Numbered from the stretch's first letter, positions 24,768 to 39,105 are shown. The stretch is DNA of 64,000 bases from Eledone cirrhosa (GCA_964016885.1 OZ024742.1:71982001-72046000); one strand, 5' to 3'. Numbers and translations: made by a program. The notes: a model not told the origin generated them from the letters alone.

Positions 24768-26590
24768 TGTATCCGGAATGATAAAGGTGAGCTTGCCCTC
24801 AGAAGTGCTGAGAAGAAAGATGCGTGGAAGAGCCATTATGAAATATTACTAAATGAGGAGAATGCATGGGAAGAAGAGACCCTACCCTATGTAGACCCTA
24901 TAGAGAGGCCAGCAGTACAAGTCAGCAGCAGCGTAGTCAGTAAGGCAATCAAAGATATGAAGACAGGGAAGGCAACCGGTCCATCGGGCATGGCTGCCGA
25001 AATGCTGAAGGCATCTGAGTCTGTAGGTCACACTATAACCACACGTATTGTTAACCAGGTAATACTAGAAGGTGTCATACCAAAGGATTGGTGCAGTAGC
25101 ATCATTGTCAACTGCTACAAGGGTAAAGGTGATGCACTAGTTAGAGGAAACTATAGAGGTATAAAGCTGATGGACCAGGTCATGAAAGCAACAGAAAGAG
25201 TTATAGCACAGTTGATTAGGGACCGGGTGAATCTAGATGAGATGCAATTTGGGTTTGTGCCAGGAAAAGGCACCACTGATGCCCTGTTCCTTGTGAGGCA
25301 GCTACAGGAAAAGTACCTAGCTAAAAGTAAGCCGCTCTACCTGGCATTCATCGATCTGGAGAAAGCCTTTGACAGAGTTCCCCGTGCTATAATCTGGTGG
25401 ACTCTTAGAAAACTAGGAGTAGATGAATGGCTTGTGAAAGCTGTACAAGCCACGTATAGGGGATCAGTCAGCAAAGTTAGGATTAGCAATGACTATAGCG
25501 TGGAATTTAGCATACAGGTTGGTGTCCACCAGGGCTCTGTTCTTAACCCTCTCCTGTTCATCATAGTTCTGCAGGCAATAACGGAGGAGTTTAAGACTGG
25601 ATGGCCATGGGAACTCCTGTATGTAGATGACCTCGCACTTATAGCTGAATCTATGGTAGAACTAGAGAAGAAATTCCAAACATGGAAGCAGGGACTAGAA
25701 AGAAGGTGTCTCAAAGATGACCTGACAAAGACTAAGGTCCTTGTAAGTAGACGAGAAAATAGAACCCAGATCCCCTCAGGGAAATGGCCTTGCTCAGTAT
25801 GTAGGAAAGGTGTAGGTAGGAACTCCATTCTCTGCCCCAAATGCAAACAATGGGATAAGACCTCCAATCCCTGCTTAATATGCAGAAAAGGAGTAGGCAT
25901 AAACTTCATACAGTGTACACAATGTAAATCTTGGGTACACAAGAAATGTAGTAGGATAATGAGTAGACTAACAGGAAAGGAAGACTTTGTATGTAGAACA
26001 TGCACAGGAGTTATCGAGGGAAAGAGCATCAGTGATATAAACCTCTTCAAGTTACAGGAAAGGTCCATAGAAGTGGTTGATAGCTTCTGCTATTTAGGTA
26101 ACTTTATTAGCAGCTACTACCACTGTTGACCACAAAATGTTTCTCCCTAACTACAAAAGGATGATTATATGACGCCTATGTGCGAAGTGTGATGCTGAAT
26201 GGCAGTGAATCATGGGTTGTGATTGCAGAGGACATACATAGATTGGAGAGAAATGAAGTAACCATGTTTCATTGGATGTAAACATGAGAGAAAGGCAGAG
26301 CTTGGATGAACTGAGGGAGATACTGTGTTTAAGAGGAATCTGAGGTGGTGTGGAAGAGAGAAGACTGTGTTAGTACAGATATGTGATGTGTATGGATGAT
26401 GACTGATGGGTAATGTGCCATGAAATGCCAGTGGAAGTAAGTTGCAGTAAAAGTAGGTGGGAGCTGACCTCAAATCGCTGAGACTCCAGAGAAGATGACA
26501 AAGAAACACAGTGAGTGGAGAGATGCTGTGCTGAGAAGGACCCATCCAACCCCTGCAAGCGTGGAAAAACAGACGTAAAAATGGTGATGA
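24768..26590 (+). mobile_element. 5'-truncated chimeric RTE LINE (subfamily A/B recombinant)
   Basis: 480-aa ORF with RT motifs (QFGF, KAFDRV, GVHQGS, YVDD) and two Cys modules; 3' part decayed. Confidence 0.9.
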
Positions 26591-26636
26591 TACACACACA
26601 TATGTATATGTATATATAAATGTATCTATGTATATG

Positions 26637-26667
<31 letters not shown>

Positions 26668-26797
26668 CTATGTATATGTACATCTATATATATATATGCA
26701 TGTATCATCATCATCACCGGAAAATAGATGTTAAACGATGATGATGATGATATATATACACACATATACACACATACATATATATACACACACACAC

Positions 26798-26832
<35 letters not shown>

Positions 26833-27451
26833 ATCATCATCATCGTTTAACGTCCATCTTCCACGCTTGCATGGGTTTGGACGGGAGTTTTCCCACTTGA
26901 GGCAAGAGTGGTTGTCTTGCTCGCATAGGACTGCCTGGCGGGTTTTCTACGGCTGGATGCTATTCCTAACACCATATATATACATATATACATAGATATA
27001 TGCATACACATACATATATATATATATATACATATATATATACATACACATACATATATATATATATATAATAAAATTAGGATAATTGACAATGAGAATA
27101 CAACGGAAAACAAGACCAATGTAAACAAGGCAAATGATTTTAAAAAATTTTAACGGGAAACCTATCAAAAATTTTTTGAAAATAGAAGAAACAATAGCAA
27201 AAAGACAAACGAAAGGCACAGAACTCCAAGGTTTTCACCTGTTGAGATGGACTTTTGACCCCTACCAATGGTACTGCTGGTCCATCCTGGGTCACAGCAT
27301 CTAACAAACAAGCCAAAGCTATCTCCGTGGAGTAAAAACAAAACAATAGCTTACAGGAATTAAGCGATAACAGGCTCACATGGGATTTCATGTGATGACT
27401 TGGAGCAGGTACTGTGTTTTTTATAACAACGATAGTCTTGTGAGACTGAAT

Positions 27452-27483
<32 letters not shown>

Positions 27484-27484
27484 T

Positions 27485-27880
27485 GGAGGCACATGGCTTA
27501 GTGGTTAGAGCATTGGCCTTGCAATCGAAAGGTTGTGAGTTCAATTCTCAGACCGAGTGATGTGTTGTTTCCTTGAGCAAGACACTTTATTTCACATTGC
27601 TCCAGTTTACTCAGCTGTAGAAATGAGATGATAGGGACTGGGGTCCCTATCATTCCACTGTAAAGTGGTCGTGGAGGTGCCACGGCAAAAAAGCACCCAG
27701 CCCACACTGTAAAGTGGACATGTAGGCGCCACAGAAAAAAAGCACCCAGCACTCACTGTAAATGAGGTTGGTGTTAGGAAGGGCATCCAGCTGTAGAAAT
27801 CAAGCCAGAATCAGTTCCCGTCCCACTCTTGCAAGCAGGGAAAAGTGGACGTAAAATGAAATGATGATGATGATGAATGA
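27485..27880 (+). mobile_element. SINE family 1, full length (RTE-B tail)
   Basis: tRNA-like A/B boxes, CORE-like ccttgagcaagacactt, tail shared with the LINE end at 11509-11560. Confidence 0.9.
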
Positions 27881-28047
27881 TGATATATAGTAATAATTGT
27901 TTCTACTATTGGCACAAGGCCAGCAATTATCCAGTACATTACTGGTACTTTATTTTATCGACCCCGTAAGGATGAAAGGGAAAGTTAACCTTGGCGGAAT
28001 TAGTAATAATAATAAATTTGAAGACTAAAATCCAAAGAGGGCTTGTT

Positions 28048-28107
28048 AGTTTCAGAAGATCCCGTTAAGGGTGAAAGCAGCGATTCTTTGCTTAAACTTT
28101 AATCTGT
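28048..28107 (+). ncRNA. Hammerhead-like motif, family B
   Basis: agttt-CAGAAGA-tcccgttaagggt-GAAAGCAGcgattcttTGCTT-aaact. Confidence 0.65.
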
Positions 28108-28334
28108 TATTTTAATAAATATATATATATATATACATATAAAAGAAGAAAATTAAAAGATGGTTAAAAAAGTTCCATATATTTTATTATGAACATTTCG
28201 AAAACAACATCATCCTGGGACAAAAATTGTGTTCTACCAACTGTTGAGTGCTACTTATCTGTAATATGCATAGTTTTATTGTTCTACCATATTACTTACC
28301 TTCTACAGATATATATATATATATATATATATAT

Positions 28335-28715
28335 AGTAATAATAATAAATTTGAAGACTAAAATCCAAAGAGTGCTCGATAAGGATAAATATATATCAAA
28401 TATATAAGAACCATAGAGCAAATAAGAGAACATTAGTCTACGACTTCTTTTATACCATAAACGTGGTTCTGTCTCTGCGTGTAATTGTTTTTCACCGCTC
28501 CTATTAATGACGTATTATATTCGTTTTTTCCCGTTCTTTGCCACGGAACGTTTCCACAAACCAAAGTATCGTCTTCCTGTCTTCCTCCGGTTGCAACGTT
28601 TTTTGAAATATCCATTTCTGCGTTTACAGATTGACTTTGTTAGTTTCAGAAGATCCCGTTAAGGGTGAAAGCAGCGATTCTTTGCTTAATCTTTAATCTG
28701 TTATTTTAATAAATA
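28335..28715 (+). mobile_element. ~380-bp non-coding element ending in an HHR family B motif (28626-28701), bounded by (TA)n
   Basis: Longest contiguous copy of the family; its parts recur at 13.2, 14.1, 28.0, 31.2, 41.9, 44.2 and 56.9 kb. Confidence 0.65.
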
Positions 28716-28724
28716 TATATATGT

Positions 28725-30895
28725 AACAGGAGGTATTCAAGATTGCGAGGCAGTGTGTCAGAGATAGTTGTGATGTCATTGGAGAGAAGTGTATCCGGAA
28801 TGATAAAGGTGAGCTTGCCCTCACAAGTGCTGAGAAGAAAGATGCATGGAAGAGTCATTATGATAGATTACTAAATGAGGAGAATGCATGGGAAGAAGAG
28901 ACCCTACCCAAAGTAGACCCTATAGAGGGACCAGCAGTACAAGTCAGCAGCAGCGTAGTAAGTAAGGCAATCAAAGAAATGAAGATGGGGAAGGCAACCA
29001 GTCCATCGGGTATAGCTGCCGAGATGCTGAAGGCATCTGGGTCTGTAGGTCACACTATAACCACACGTATTGTTAACCAGGTAATACTAGAAGGTGTCAT
29101 ACCAAAAGATTGGTGCAGTAGCATCATTGTCAACTGCTACAAAGGTAAAGGCGATGCACTAGATAGAGGAAACTATAGAGGTATAAAGTTGATGGACCAG
29201 GTCATGAAAGTAACAGAAAGAGTTATAGCACAGTTGATTAGGGACCGGATGGAAATAGATGAGATGCAATTTGGGTTTGTACCAGGAAGAGGCACCACTG
29301 ATGCCCTCTTCCTTGTGAGGCAATTACAGGAAAAGTACCTAGCTAAAAGTAAGCCACGCTACTTGGCATTTGTCGACCTTGAGAAAGCCTTTGACAGAGT
29401 TCCACGTGCTGTAATCTGGTGGGCTCTTAGAAAACTAGGAGTAGATGAATGGCTTGTGAAAGCGGTACCAGCCATGTATAGGGGAGCAGTCAGCAAAGTT
29501 AGGATTAGCAATGAGTATAGCGAGGAATTTAGCGTACAGGTTGGTGTCCACCAGGGCTCTGTTCTTAGCCCCCTCCTGTTCATCATAGTCCTGCAGGCAA
29601 TAACGGAGGAGTTTAAGACCGGATGCCCATGGGAACTCCTGTATGCTGATGACCTTGCACTCATAGCTGAATCTATGGTAGAACTAGAGAAGAAATTCCA
29701 AACTTGGAAGCAGGGACTAGAAAGAAAGGGTCTCAAAGTCAACATGACAAAGACTAAGGTCCTTGTAAGTAGATGAGAAAACAGAACCCAGATCCCCTCA
29801 GGGAAATGGCCTTGCTCAGTATGTAGGAAAGGTGTAGGTAGGAACTCCATTCTCTGCCCCAAATGCAAACAATGGGCACACAAGAGATGTAGCGGGATCT
29901 CAGGAAGCTTAATTAAGAATGTAGGCTTCACATGCAGCAGCTGTGCTGAGACAGCAAGCAGCAAACAGCCACAGGAAACAAGTACCACCAATCTCTGGGA
30001 GGGCTCTGTAGAAACAGTAGACAGCTTCTGCTACCTAGGTGACCGAATTAGCAACGGAGGTGGGTGTTCAGAAAGTACAATAACTAGGGTAAGAACGGGA
30101 TGGAAGGAGTTTAGGGAACTACTACCACTGCTAGCTGCAAAAGGCTTCTCCCTCAGAATGAAAGGCAGACTGTATGATGCGTGTATCCGAACAGCAATGT
30201 TGCATGGTAGTGAGACCTGGGCGCTGAAGGTGGAAGACTTACGTAGATTAGAGAGAAACGAAGCCTGCATGCTCCGATGGATGTGTAACAGTAATATACG
30301 TGAACGACAAAGCATAAATGAATTGAGAGAGAGACTGAGCATAAGAGGAATCAAATGCTGTGTGCAGGAGAGGCGGTTGCGCTGGTATGGACATGTGATG
30401 CGTATGAAGGATGACAGCTGCATAAAAAGGTGCAGAGCACTAGAAGTTGATGGAAACCGCGGAGTGGGGAGACCCAAGATGACCTGGGATGAGGTGATAA
30501 AAGCCAACCTTACCCAATTACACCTCTCAAAGGCAATGACACACGACCGTGACTTCTGGCGTCACGCAGTAATACAGAGTACCCGACCTCCCATGGGTAC
30601 AAGCTGAAGCATATAGATAATATGCCCCCCCACCGCAAGGTGGTCGTGGAGGTGCCACGGCAAAAAAGCACCCAGCCCACACTGTAAAGTGGACGTGTAG
30701 GCGCCACGAAAAAGCACCCAGCACTCACTGTAAATGAGGTTGGTGTTAGGAAGGGCATCCAGCTGTAGAAATCAAGCCAGATCAGTTCCTGTATGAGCAA
30801 GGCATGGTCAGCCGACCAGACACTGCCCACAACAGGACAACCCGTCTAACCCATGCTAGCGTGGAAGAACGGACGTAAAACGGTGATGATGATGA

Positions 30896-30897
<2 letters not shown>
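28725..30897 (+). mobile_element. 5'-truncated young RTE LINE, subfamily A, with probable 3' UTR and (GAT)n tail
   Basis: ORFs 28979-29776 and 30158-30607 are one frame broken only by TGA at 29774 (CGA in the paralog at 25752); YADD, PHD-like module, GRPK. Confidence 0.92.
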
Positions 30898-30929
<32 letters not shown>

Positions 30930-31093
30930 GTAGAAGGTAAGTAATATGGTAGAACAATAAAACTATGCATATATCAGATAAGTAGCACTCAACAGTTGGT
31001 AGAACACAATTTTTGTCCCAGGATGATGTTGTTTTCGAAATGTACATAATAAAATACTTGGAACTTTTTTAACCATCTTTTAATTTTCTTCTT

Positions 31094-31151
<58 letters not shown>

Positions 31152-31157
31152 TAAAAT

Positions 31158-31220
31158 AACAGATTAAAGTTTAAGCAAAGAATCGCTGCTTTCACCCTTA
31201 ACGGAATCTTCTGAAACTAA
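31158..31220 (-). ncRNA. Hammerhead-like motif, family B
   Basis: Reverse complement of the 28048 motif. Confidence 0.65.
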
Positions 31221-31320
31221 CAAGCCCTCTTTGGATTTTAGTCTTCAAATTTATTATTATTACTATATATCATCATTCATCATCATCATCATTTCATTTT
31301 ATATATATATATATATATAT

Positions 31321-31692
31321 TAGTGGTTAGAGCATTGGCCATGCAATCGAAAGGTTGTGAGTTCAATTCTCAGACCGGGTGATGTGTTGTTTCCTTGAGC
31401 AAGACACTTTATTTCACATTGCTCCAGTTTACTCAGCTGTAGAAATGAGATGATAGGGACTGGGGTCCATATTCCACTGTAGAGTGGTTGTGGAGGTGCC
31501 ACGACAAAAAGCACCCTGCACTCACCGTAAACTGGACGTGTAGGCGCCACGGAAAAAAAGCACCCAGCACTCACTGTAAATGAGGTTGGTGTTAGGAAGG
31601 GCATCCAGCTGTAGAAATCAAGCCTGAATCAGTTCCCATCCCACCCTTGCAAGCAGGGAAAAGCGGACGTAAAATGAAATGATGATGATGAT
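31321..31692 (+). mobile_element. SINE family 1 (RTE-B tail)
   Basis: Near-identical to 27485. Confidence 0.9.
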
Positions 31693-31757
31693 ATATATAC
31701 AGGAAAAAGAAGTTGAAAATCCAATTGAAGTCTTTAAGGAGGTTTATTTAAAATTTA

Positions 31758-31799
31758 TAACTTTACCGGTTTCACAAGTTCCATGATTTTCAAAGGTTA
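31758..31799 (-). ncRNA. Degenerate hammerhead, family D (TTGAAAA core)
   Basis: taacct-TTGAAAA-tcatggaacttgt-GAAACCGGTA-aagtta; weak stem II. Confidence 0.4.
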
Positions 31800-31849
31800 G
31801 AAAGGTAGAGAAATGTGTGACTATGCTGACCTCCAGCTAGCATATATAC

Positions 31850-31898
<49 letters not shown>

Positions 31899-31924
31899 AG
31901 CATACATAGAAATAAATATATATA

Positions 31925-32414
31925 CACTATAACTCAAAATAAACTGGCTTCTTTTTATTTTTGTCTACATTATGCATTTTTTTTTTTGTAAAATCTGATG
32001 AAACTACACATATTTAGTTCAAACCATTAAAGCCAATATATAAAAAAATTCACTATCTTTTTATGTTTCTGTCTAGAGTTACAGGATATGTTCCAAGTGA
32101 TGCCCATTTGAATCCATGCATTCTTTTTTTTAGGCATATGCTGAAATTTAACATAACGTCTTTACAAACAGACCTAAGGATAGCTCTGATCTCCTCCTTG
32201 ATGTTTTCTTTTAGTTCAGTGATGGTCCTGGGTTTGTTGACATTTACCCCATCCTTCACATAGTCACAAAGAAGGAAATTGGTGGTGGTGGTGGGTGGTA
32301 GTTTAAATCAAGGCTGTGTATCTGTCATATCTTGAAATTTAAGGTTGATTGGTTCGAAAATGAATATACAGTAACACAAAACGTCTGCAGAGCCAGTTTT
32401 TTAAGTCACACTGT
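31925..32414 (-). mobile_element. Internally deleted Tc1/mariner-superfamily element
   Basis: Minus-strand FL.DYVKDGVNVNKPRTITELKENIKEEIRAI transposase tail; imperfect TIRs cactataactcaaaataaactggc / gccagttttttaagtcacactg with TA flanks. Confidence 0.7.
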
Positions 32415-32478
32415 ATATGTAGTACTAATAACAAACACGAATACAAAGATCAAAACCCTGAGAGGACTCAATAGGAGT

Positions 32479-32513
<35 letters not shown>

Positions 32514-32876
32514 CCCAATCCACTACCTTTACTCTATCCTTCCACTCCCACCAACACCACACTCTCTCTGTAAAATTGGTACCACAACATCCAGTCCAAA
32601 TAAATGAGATAATGAGATCGAGATCGAGATTGTGTAGGTGTCACAACAAAAAAACACACAGTCTATGCTGTAATGTGGCCATGTAGGTAACACAGTAAAA
32701 AGTTCCCAGTCCACACTGTAAATGTTGTTGGAAGGGCATCCAGCCGTAGAAAACCTGCCAGATAGTCCTATATGAGCGAGACACGGTCACCTGACCAACC
32801 TTGCCTCAAGTGGGACAATCCCGTCTAACCCATGCTAGCGTGGAAGATGGAGGTTAAACGAAGATGATGATGATGA

Positions 32877-32919
<43 letters not shown>

Positions 32920-33068
32920 GAAGATGCTACTTTTTTCATAAAATAAACCTAAAAAATCTACCATGCGTCCTGGAGGCCAAAAGTTGTTTATTACTTTTTT
33001 TTTAATTTTTGGTTGTCAAAATTAGGGTGCGTCCTTGAGAACAAAGTGTCTTCGGCGCCGGGAAATAC

Positions 33069-33114
<46 letters not shown>

Positions 33115-33241
33115 AAAGTTCTATTTAAAATTGTTGGGATACAACAAGTAAATATTTTATAACTGATATAAAGCACTCGACAAGTTTTTGGAGTAGATAT
33201 ACGATATTAATAAATGGAAACTATATTTATATAACCATATT

Positions 33242-33306
33242 TATTTCATTATACATATTTCAGGGATACCAAATTAAAATATGGTATGCCTTCATCAGAC
33301 AAAATA
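33242..33306 (-). ncRNA. Type I hammerhead ribozyme, family A
   Basis: Reverse complement is nearly identical to 2518-2582, within a ~200-bp shared repeat. Confidence 0.75.
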
Positions 33307-34217
33307 CAATATATAAACAGTTTTATAAATAATTTTGACGTACCCTATTAAATGCAACCATTATTTTTGGAAGCTGTCTGGATAGTGAAATGTTTATATT
33401 ATTTTATTAGTTATAGTGTTAAGCACAATTAGAAAAAGACGGAGAAAAAGAAAGAAAAAAAAGACGGAGAGAGAGAAGGAGAGAGAAAGAAGGAGAGAGA
33501 GAAAAAGAAAACCTGGAGAAATATCGGAGAGAGAAATGTATGTAGAAAAGAAAGAGATAAATAGATAGGAGGAAATAAAAAAGAAATAAAAAAGGAAGAA
33601 ATAAGAAAAACAAAGGAAAGCAACAGAGAGATAATAAGTCATCATACAGATAGAAAAACTCAATAGAGAGAAAATACTATATAGAGAGAGGGGGAGATAG
33701 TGACAACTTTACGTCATGTCATATTAAGTTGAGTTAACAATTTATATGAAATGAATAATAAAAATATAAATATCAATATTCATGAATGGGACATAGATAT
33801 ATAATATGAGAAAATAACATTGTTCAATAATGACCATATGTTTAGTTTAAAAACTTGAGATCAATATACCAAAATCTGAGTTAAATCTTACAAAAAGTAC
33901 CCTATTTATAAAAATCAGGATACAAATATGTATATATATATACACACATATGTACGTCCTGAAAATAGAAATTATGTCTACTCAAGCCAATAATATAGAC
34001 ACACAAAGCGCAAATGATTTCACTTGATCACTGCTATACACTCCTTGTGTTATAAAAAGTTCACAGTATATATACATAAATATACGATTAATATTCATGT
34101 CCTCATATACACGATTACCGTTCATGTATTTAATATTATGCATATCTGCAACATACATCACATATACACACACACATATATACACATACATATGTATAAA
34201 TAAATATCTAATTTAAT

Positions 34218-34515
34218 GAGGTGTAAGATACATGTCTTTTGATAAAAATGGGATGACAGCAAAGAGAAAAATAAGGATAGTTTTGGAATATTTGCCAGAA
34301 ATGTATGTTGTTGATATTGGTTTGGGATAGGAGGTGGGGGGGATCATGCTAGCTCACATATTTACTTCTCTACATGTAAACATACATACAGCCTATATAC
34401 ATACACACACACACACACTCATGCATATATATATATAAATGTATACACACACACATATATACACATACATACATAAACACATACACATATCTACACATAT
34501 GCATATATATATTCA

Positions 34516-34559
<44 letters not shown>

Positions 34560-35306
34560 CACACACACATACACACACATGCCCACACATACCTGTACAC
34601 CTACAGACATACATACATACACATATACATACATACACATCTACACACACATATGTATACACATCTACTCAAATATTTAAGTTCACATATACATTGGGGT
34701 GGAGAAGGGGGAATTAATGAAATGTTAGTGTACCTCCGAGGGTTGTTCTCTTCAACGAGTGAATGTTTGAAAGTGTGGGTGTTATCCACTTCTATTTCGA
34801 TATTTTTCTTTTTTCAATAGGCGATTAAAAAAAAAAAGGGTGGGGGTGGGGAGGAAGAGATTCCTGTTATTTGAAGATGGAAGATAATTTTTTTGTGTCC
34901 AGTAGTGGTTTGTACTTTCTAATGAAGAATTCTTCTTTATATTTCCGGAAATGTTCATTGTCCGAGCATATCTTAAAGGAGGAGAAGATTGTGAATTTTC
35001 CCTTTCCGCATGATGAGAAGAGTTCACTGCATGTGGTGTTTCTGACAGAGAGGTCTCTAGTTTATTGTTTATGTACACAAACTCTGTCATGTAGATCCGT
35101 CCCGGTTTCACCAATGTAGTATTCGTTACATTGTGGGCAGGTTGCACAGTAAATTAAGTTTTTTGTTTTGCAATTCATGTTAACCCCCATCCCCCCTCCA
35201 AAACCAATATCAACAACATACATTTCTGACAAATATTCCAAAACTATCCTTACTTTTCTCTTTCCTGTCATCCCATTTTTATCAAAAGACATGTATCTTA
35301 CACCTT
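34218..35306 (-). mobile_element. Penelope-like GIY-YIG remnant bracketed by ~110-bp inverted repeats
   Basis: CKTKNLIYCATCPQCNEYYIGETGTDLHDRVCVHKQ; 34218-34326 is inverted against 35200-35306. Confidence 0.75.
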
Positions 35307-35870
35307 CTTAACTTTCTGCTTTGCTATATGACCTAATTACATCTCTTTTATTCTACCAGCAAATTAATAACTGTAACTCCATTGAACATACTTACATGAA
35401 GCCTTTATGTTCTTTCTTCTATTTATAAATGCAACATTTGATTGTAATTTTTAATTTTTGAAATATTCATATCTGCAACCACAGATTGATATATTTCTCA
35501 GTGTTAGAAGATATAAGGATGTATAAGGATGTATAAGGATTTAAGCAGAAACTGTTTGCTTAAACTTTTAACCAGTGCTAATAATATATATATATATATA
35601 CACACATACATGCATGCACACACATAATCATATACCTTATTTTATATTATGAAATTGGAAGGCAGCTTTCAAAGATTGGCCAAAGAAAAACTCAGCAATT
35701 TCAAATATTGTCAAAACACTGGCTCCAAGGAATAAACCCATAGATCCTCCAATATCACCTGAAATTATAATAAATAAAACAAAACAGGGTTAAATTGTTA
35801 GTTAAAATATATGAAATTTAATTCTTTGATTGATACCAGAATACACACACGCACTCACACAGCACACATG

Positions 35871-36503
<633 letters not shown>

Positions 36504-36659
36504 TATATATATATATATATATATATATACGCAATGTAGCAGCATGCAACATCGTCTGTCTCTGGGTCACAAGCATAGCACACACTTTTTCCTCTTTGTT
36601 TTTCTTTGCTTGTTTCCTTAACGTTTACCACCATTCCGTTGATATATATTATGCAATTT

Positions 36660-36717
36660 ACACCTGATGAGGTCACCGGGTTCTTATGCAACCCAGCCAC
36701 TGAAATGTACATGGTGT
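36660..36717 (+). ncRNA. Hammerhead motif, family E (G at position 17, probably inactive)
   Basis: acac-CTGATGA-long stem II-GAAA-TGTACA-TG-gtgt; palindromic loop III. Confidence 0.55.
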
Positions 36718-37617
36718 TTACAGTAATAAAAAATTAAGGAAATTCAATATACGTGTATTTGGCCTCCTGTCATTTCATTTTATAATATATATATATATAA
36801 CACGTGGGAGAAATATAGGAAACAGAAAACTCGGAAGAGACAGCACATGGACAATTTCCGCTCTTTTGGTTGTCTTCTGGGGATCATTATAGTTTTGGAT
36901 ACTTTATAAGACAGGACCATTCCCCACCAGTGCATCAATAGTATTTAAAGGAAGATAGCTATTCGGGGATGAAAACGCATACAAAACAAAACAAAAAAAA
37001 ACAAACAAAAGAAAACAAAACAACAAAAAATGTACATACCAATATGGGACAGGAAATTACTACAACCGAACGCAACAGAAATGTGGGTAGGTAACCATAG
37101 TAGAAATGAAGGAATAAATTAAATTAATACAGGTTAGTTCGAGCAATAGCCGTAGAACTAGTATTAATAGGCAAGAGACATGGCGAAAATGAACTAAGCA
37201 AGTCGGTGGTTAATCACAAAAGTTGGAGACAAAGGATTGAAAGGAGTGGTGGATAGGGTAGAAATACATACATGATGGTTGCAACTCAATTTCAAGTAAT
37301 GCCATCACTTGATACTTAAGCATGAGTATCACGGACGTGGCTTTTTAGTCCTGCTAGGGACTTGCCTATGGCCAGCAATACCATACATCACAAAAAATGT
37401 TACATATCAAGCGATGCCTGTGCTGGAGCTTTTTTAAATGAAGAAAGACGTTGCATGGGGCCAATCCCATTCTCTGAACATTGAATTCATTTGCCCAAAA
37501 AGAAGTACATCATTGGATGCAATCGAAGTTGCAGGTTTTATATCAGAGTGACCTTCTCCTAGAGAGATGTCTTAATTAAGACTAGGAGTCTCTTGCTCCA
37601 AAAAAAAAAAAATTTAT

Positions 37618-37800
37618 TGGATGGCCGTTGACTTTTCTGAGTTCCTCCGCTCATTGATGGGTTTTGTTTTTCATTCCACAGGGTGTCCAAATTCACTCTT
37701 CTCAACAAGCTAGTTTAGTGGGGTTGCTGGTTTAGTGGCCAACGACCCGACCATGCACACGTTATATGTTACCAGTAGCGCTGAAGAGCGACCTGACCTG
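37618..37800 (+). repeat. Unclassified dispersed repeat (second copy at 40428-40602)
   Basis: Shared tggatggccgttgact..gagttcctcc..cagggtgtccaaatt..atgttaccagtagc. Confidence 0.7.
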
Positions 37801-38418
37801 ATACATACATACATAATGGTATGTACACATGTACAGATACAAAATATATGCAGATGCACACATATAACTCGAAACATCCAAACATACAATAAAATCCATA
37901 CCTGCACACATACACACACATGCAGACATACATATCTACCAAGTTGATGTCTAATTCCAATGAGAGAGTCTTGTGTTTATTTTAGAAACCAACTCTCTCT
38001 ATATTATTAGAAATTTATAAAGTTATGAAACCAGAAGAACATACATACATAAGTACATACATACATGTATACATACATACATATATACACACAAATATAT
38101 ATACAAACATGCATGAACTACTTAAGAACCCATCTTCAACTTTTGTTTTATTTTCTTTGTTTTCACACACACACACACACACACATACACACACACACAC
38201 ACACATAGACGCTTGCACACACACACATATATGTATATAAGTTGTTTATAAATAGTTGTTACATTGTAACTTTTTGAGGATAAGCCGCTCTAAGCAATCC
38301 AAAAGCAATTCACATCTGTAGTTTATCCCAGCTAAGAGTTGGTGATTATTATTGCTGGAGTATTCATTTATCAAATAAGAGTAGTTAAGACGGGATTATT
38401 TCACCATAATTGTTTATT

Positions 38419-38469
38419 GCATGATATATATTTCTGATACATGGTTATGAATGTGACTTCATCAGATGC
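38419..38469 (-). ncRNA. Type I hammerhead ribozyme, family F
   Basis: gcat-CTGATGA-agtcacattcataaccatgtatca-GAAA-TATATA-TC-atgc. Confidence 0.6.
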
Positions 38470-38949
38470 TTATGCAATCATATGTGCAGTTATGCAATCA
38501 TTGGGATACACTGCTGGCCATGTATAACTATCCTGTAGTGATGGCAGCAGGCATATGGATCTCTATATCTATTAGGTTCTAGTAGTAGATGTATCCACCG
38601 TCTGATTGGTTGATTTTGTAGTCTTTGGATATAGTTCTAATACTAATTATTGACATGTTTACCACTAAATCTCAGCATGTGGTTCATTACTTCCTCTGCA
38701 TTATTTAGTTCCTTTGCACTTGGTCGAACAGGCATCATTAAGTCTAGTGATTAAGACAAGTGATGAAGACAGTTTAGGGGCTTTCTTTCACGATTGCTGT
38801 CCAGTTGCTGCTTTGGTCAGTGGGAACAACTACCATGATAAAAACAACAACAACAATAACACCACTATTTACAATGATTGCATAAGAATCTGATGAAGCC
38901 ACATGCATAACCATGCAAAAGCCCTCCACCTTACAGATGCTCATACAGA

Positions 38950-39105
38950 AGGCCAAGACATTCCCACTAGATCAACAGTGCGAAACTCCAGCAGAAGTGA
39001 CCTCCATCAACTAGAACCATCAAACTGAAGCCTGGACCTATGTAGGAACGTCAAAGAGCCGGTACCTGAACCACGAAACAACCTTCAGACATCCTGAAAG
39101 GTCCT
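38950..39105 (+). mobile_element. PLE GIY-YIG fragment
   Basis: FPLDQQCE...WTYVGTSKSRYLNHETTFRH parallels the 46200-46340 endonuclease. Confidence 0.5.

Noticed and set aside
25493-26068. Minus-strand ORFs over RTE elements (also 29359 and 30031)
   Set aside because: Antisense shadows of RT coding sequence.
27485-27555. tRNA gene
   Set aside because: A/B boxes are present, but it is the head of a multi-copy SINE with no clean cloverleaf.
29774-29776. RTE TGA as programmed readthrough
   Set aside because: The paralog has CGA; simple CpG decay explains it.
31008-31060. Hammerhead at CCCAGGA...GAAATGTACATA (mirror copy at 28180-28230)
   Set aside because: The 3' half fits but the core lacks U4 and G5 and stem II is poor; at best a relic.
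31996-32002. Isolated CTGATGA words (also ~2854 and ~38890)
   Set aside because: No stem II/GAAA/stem I arrangement could be built.
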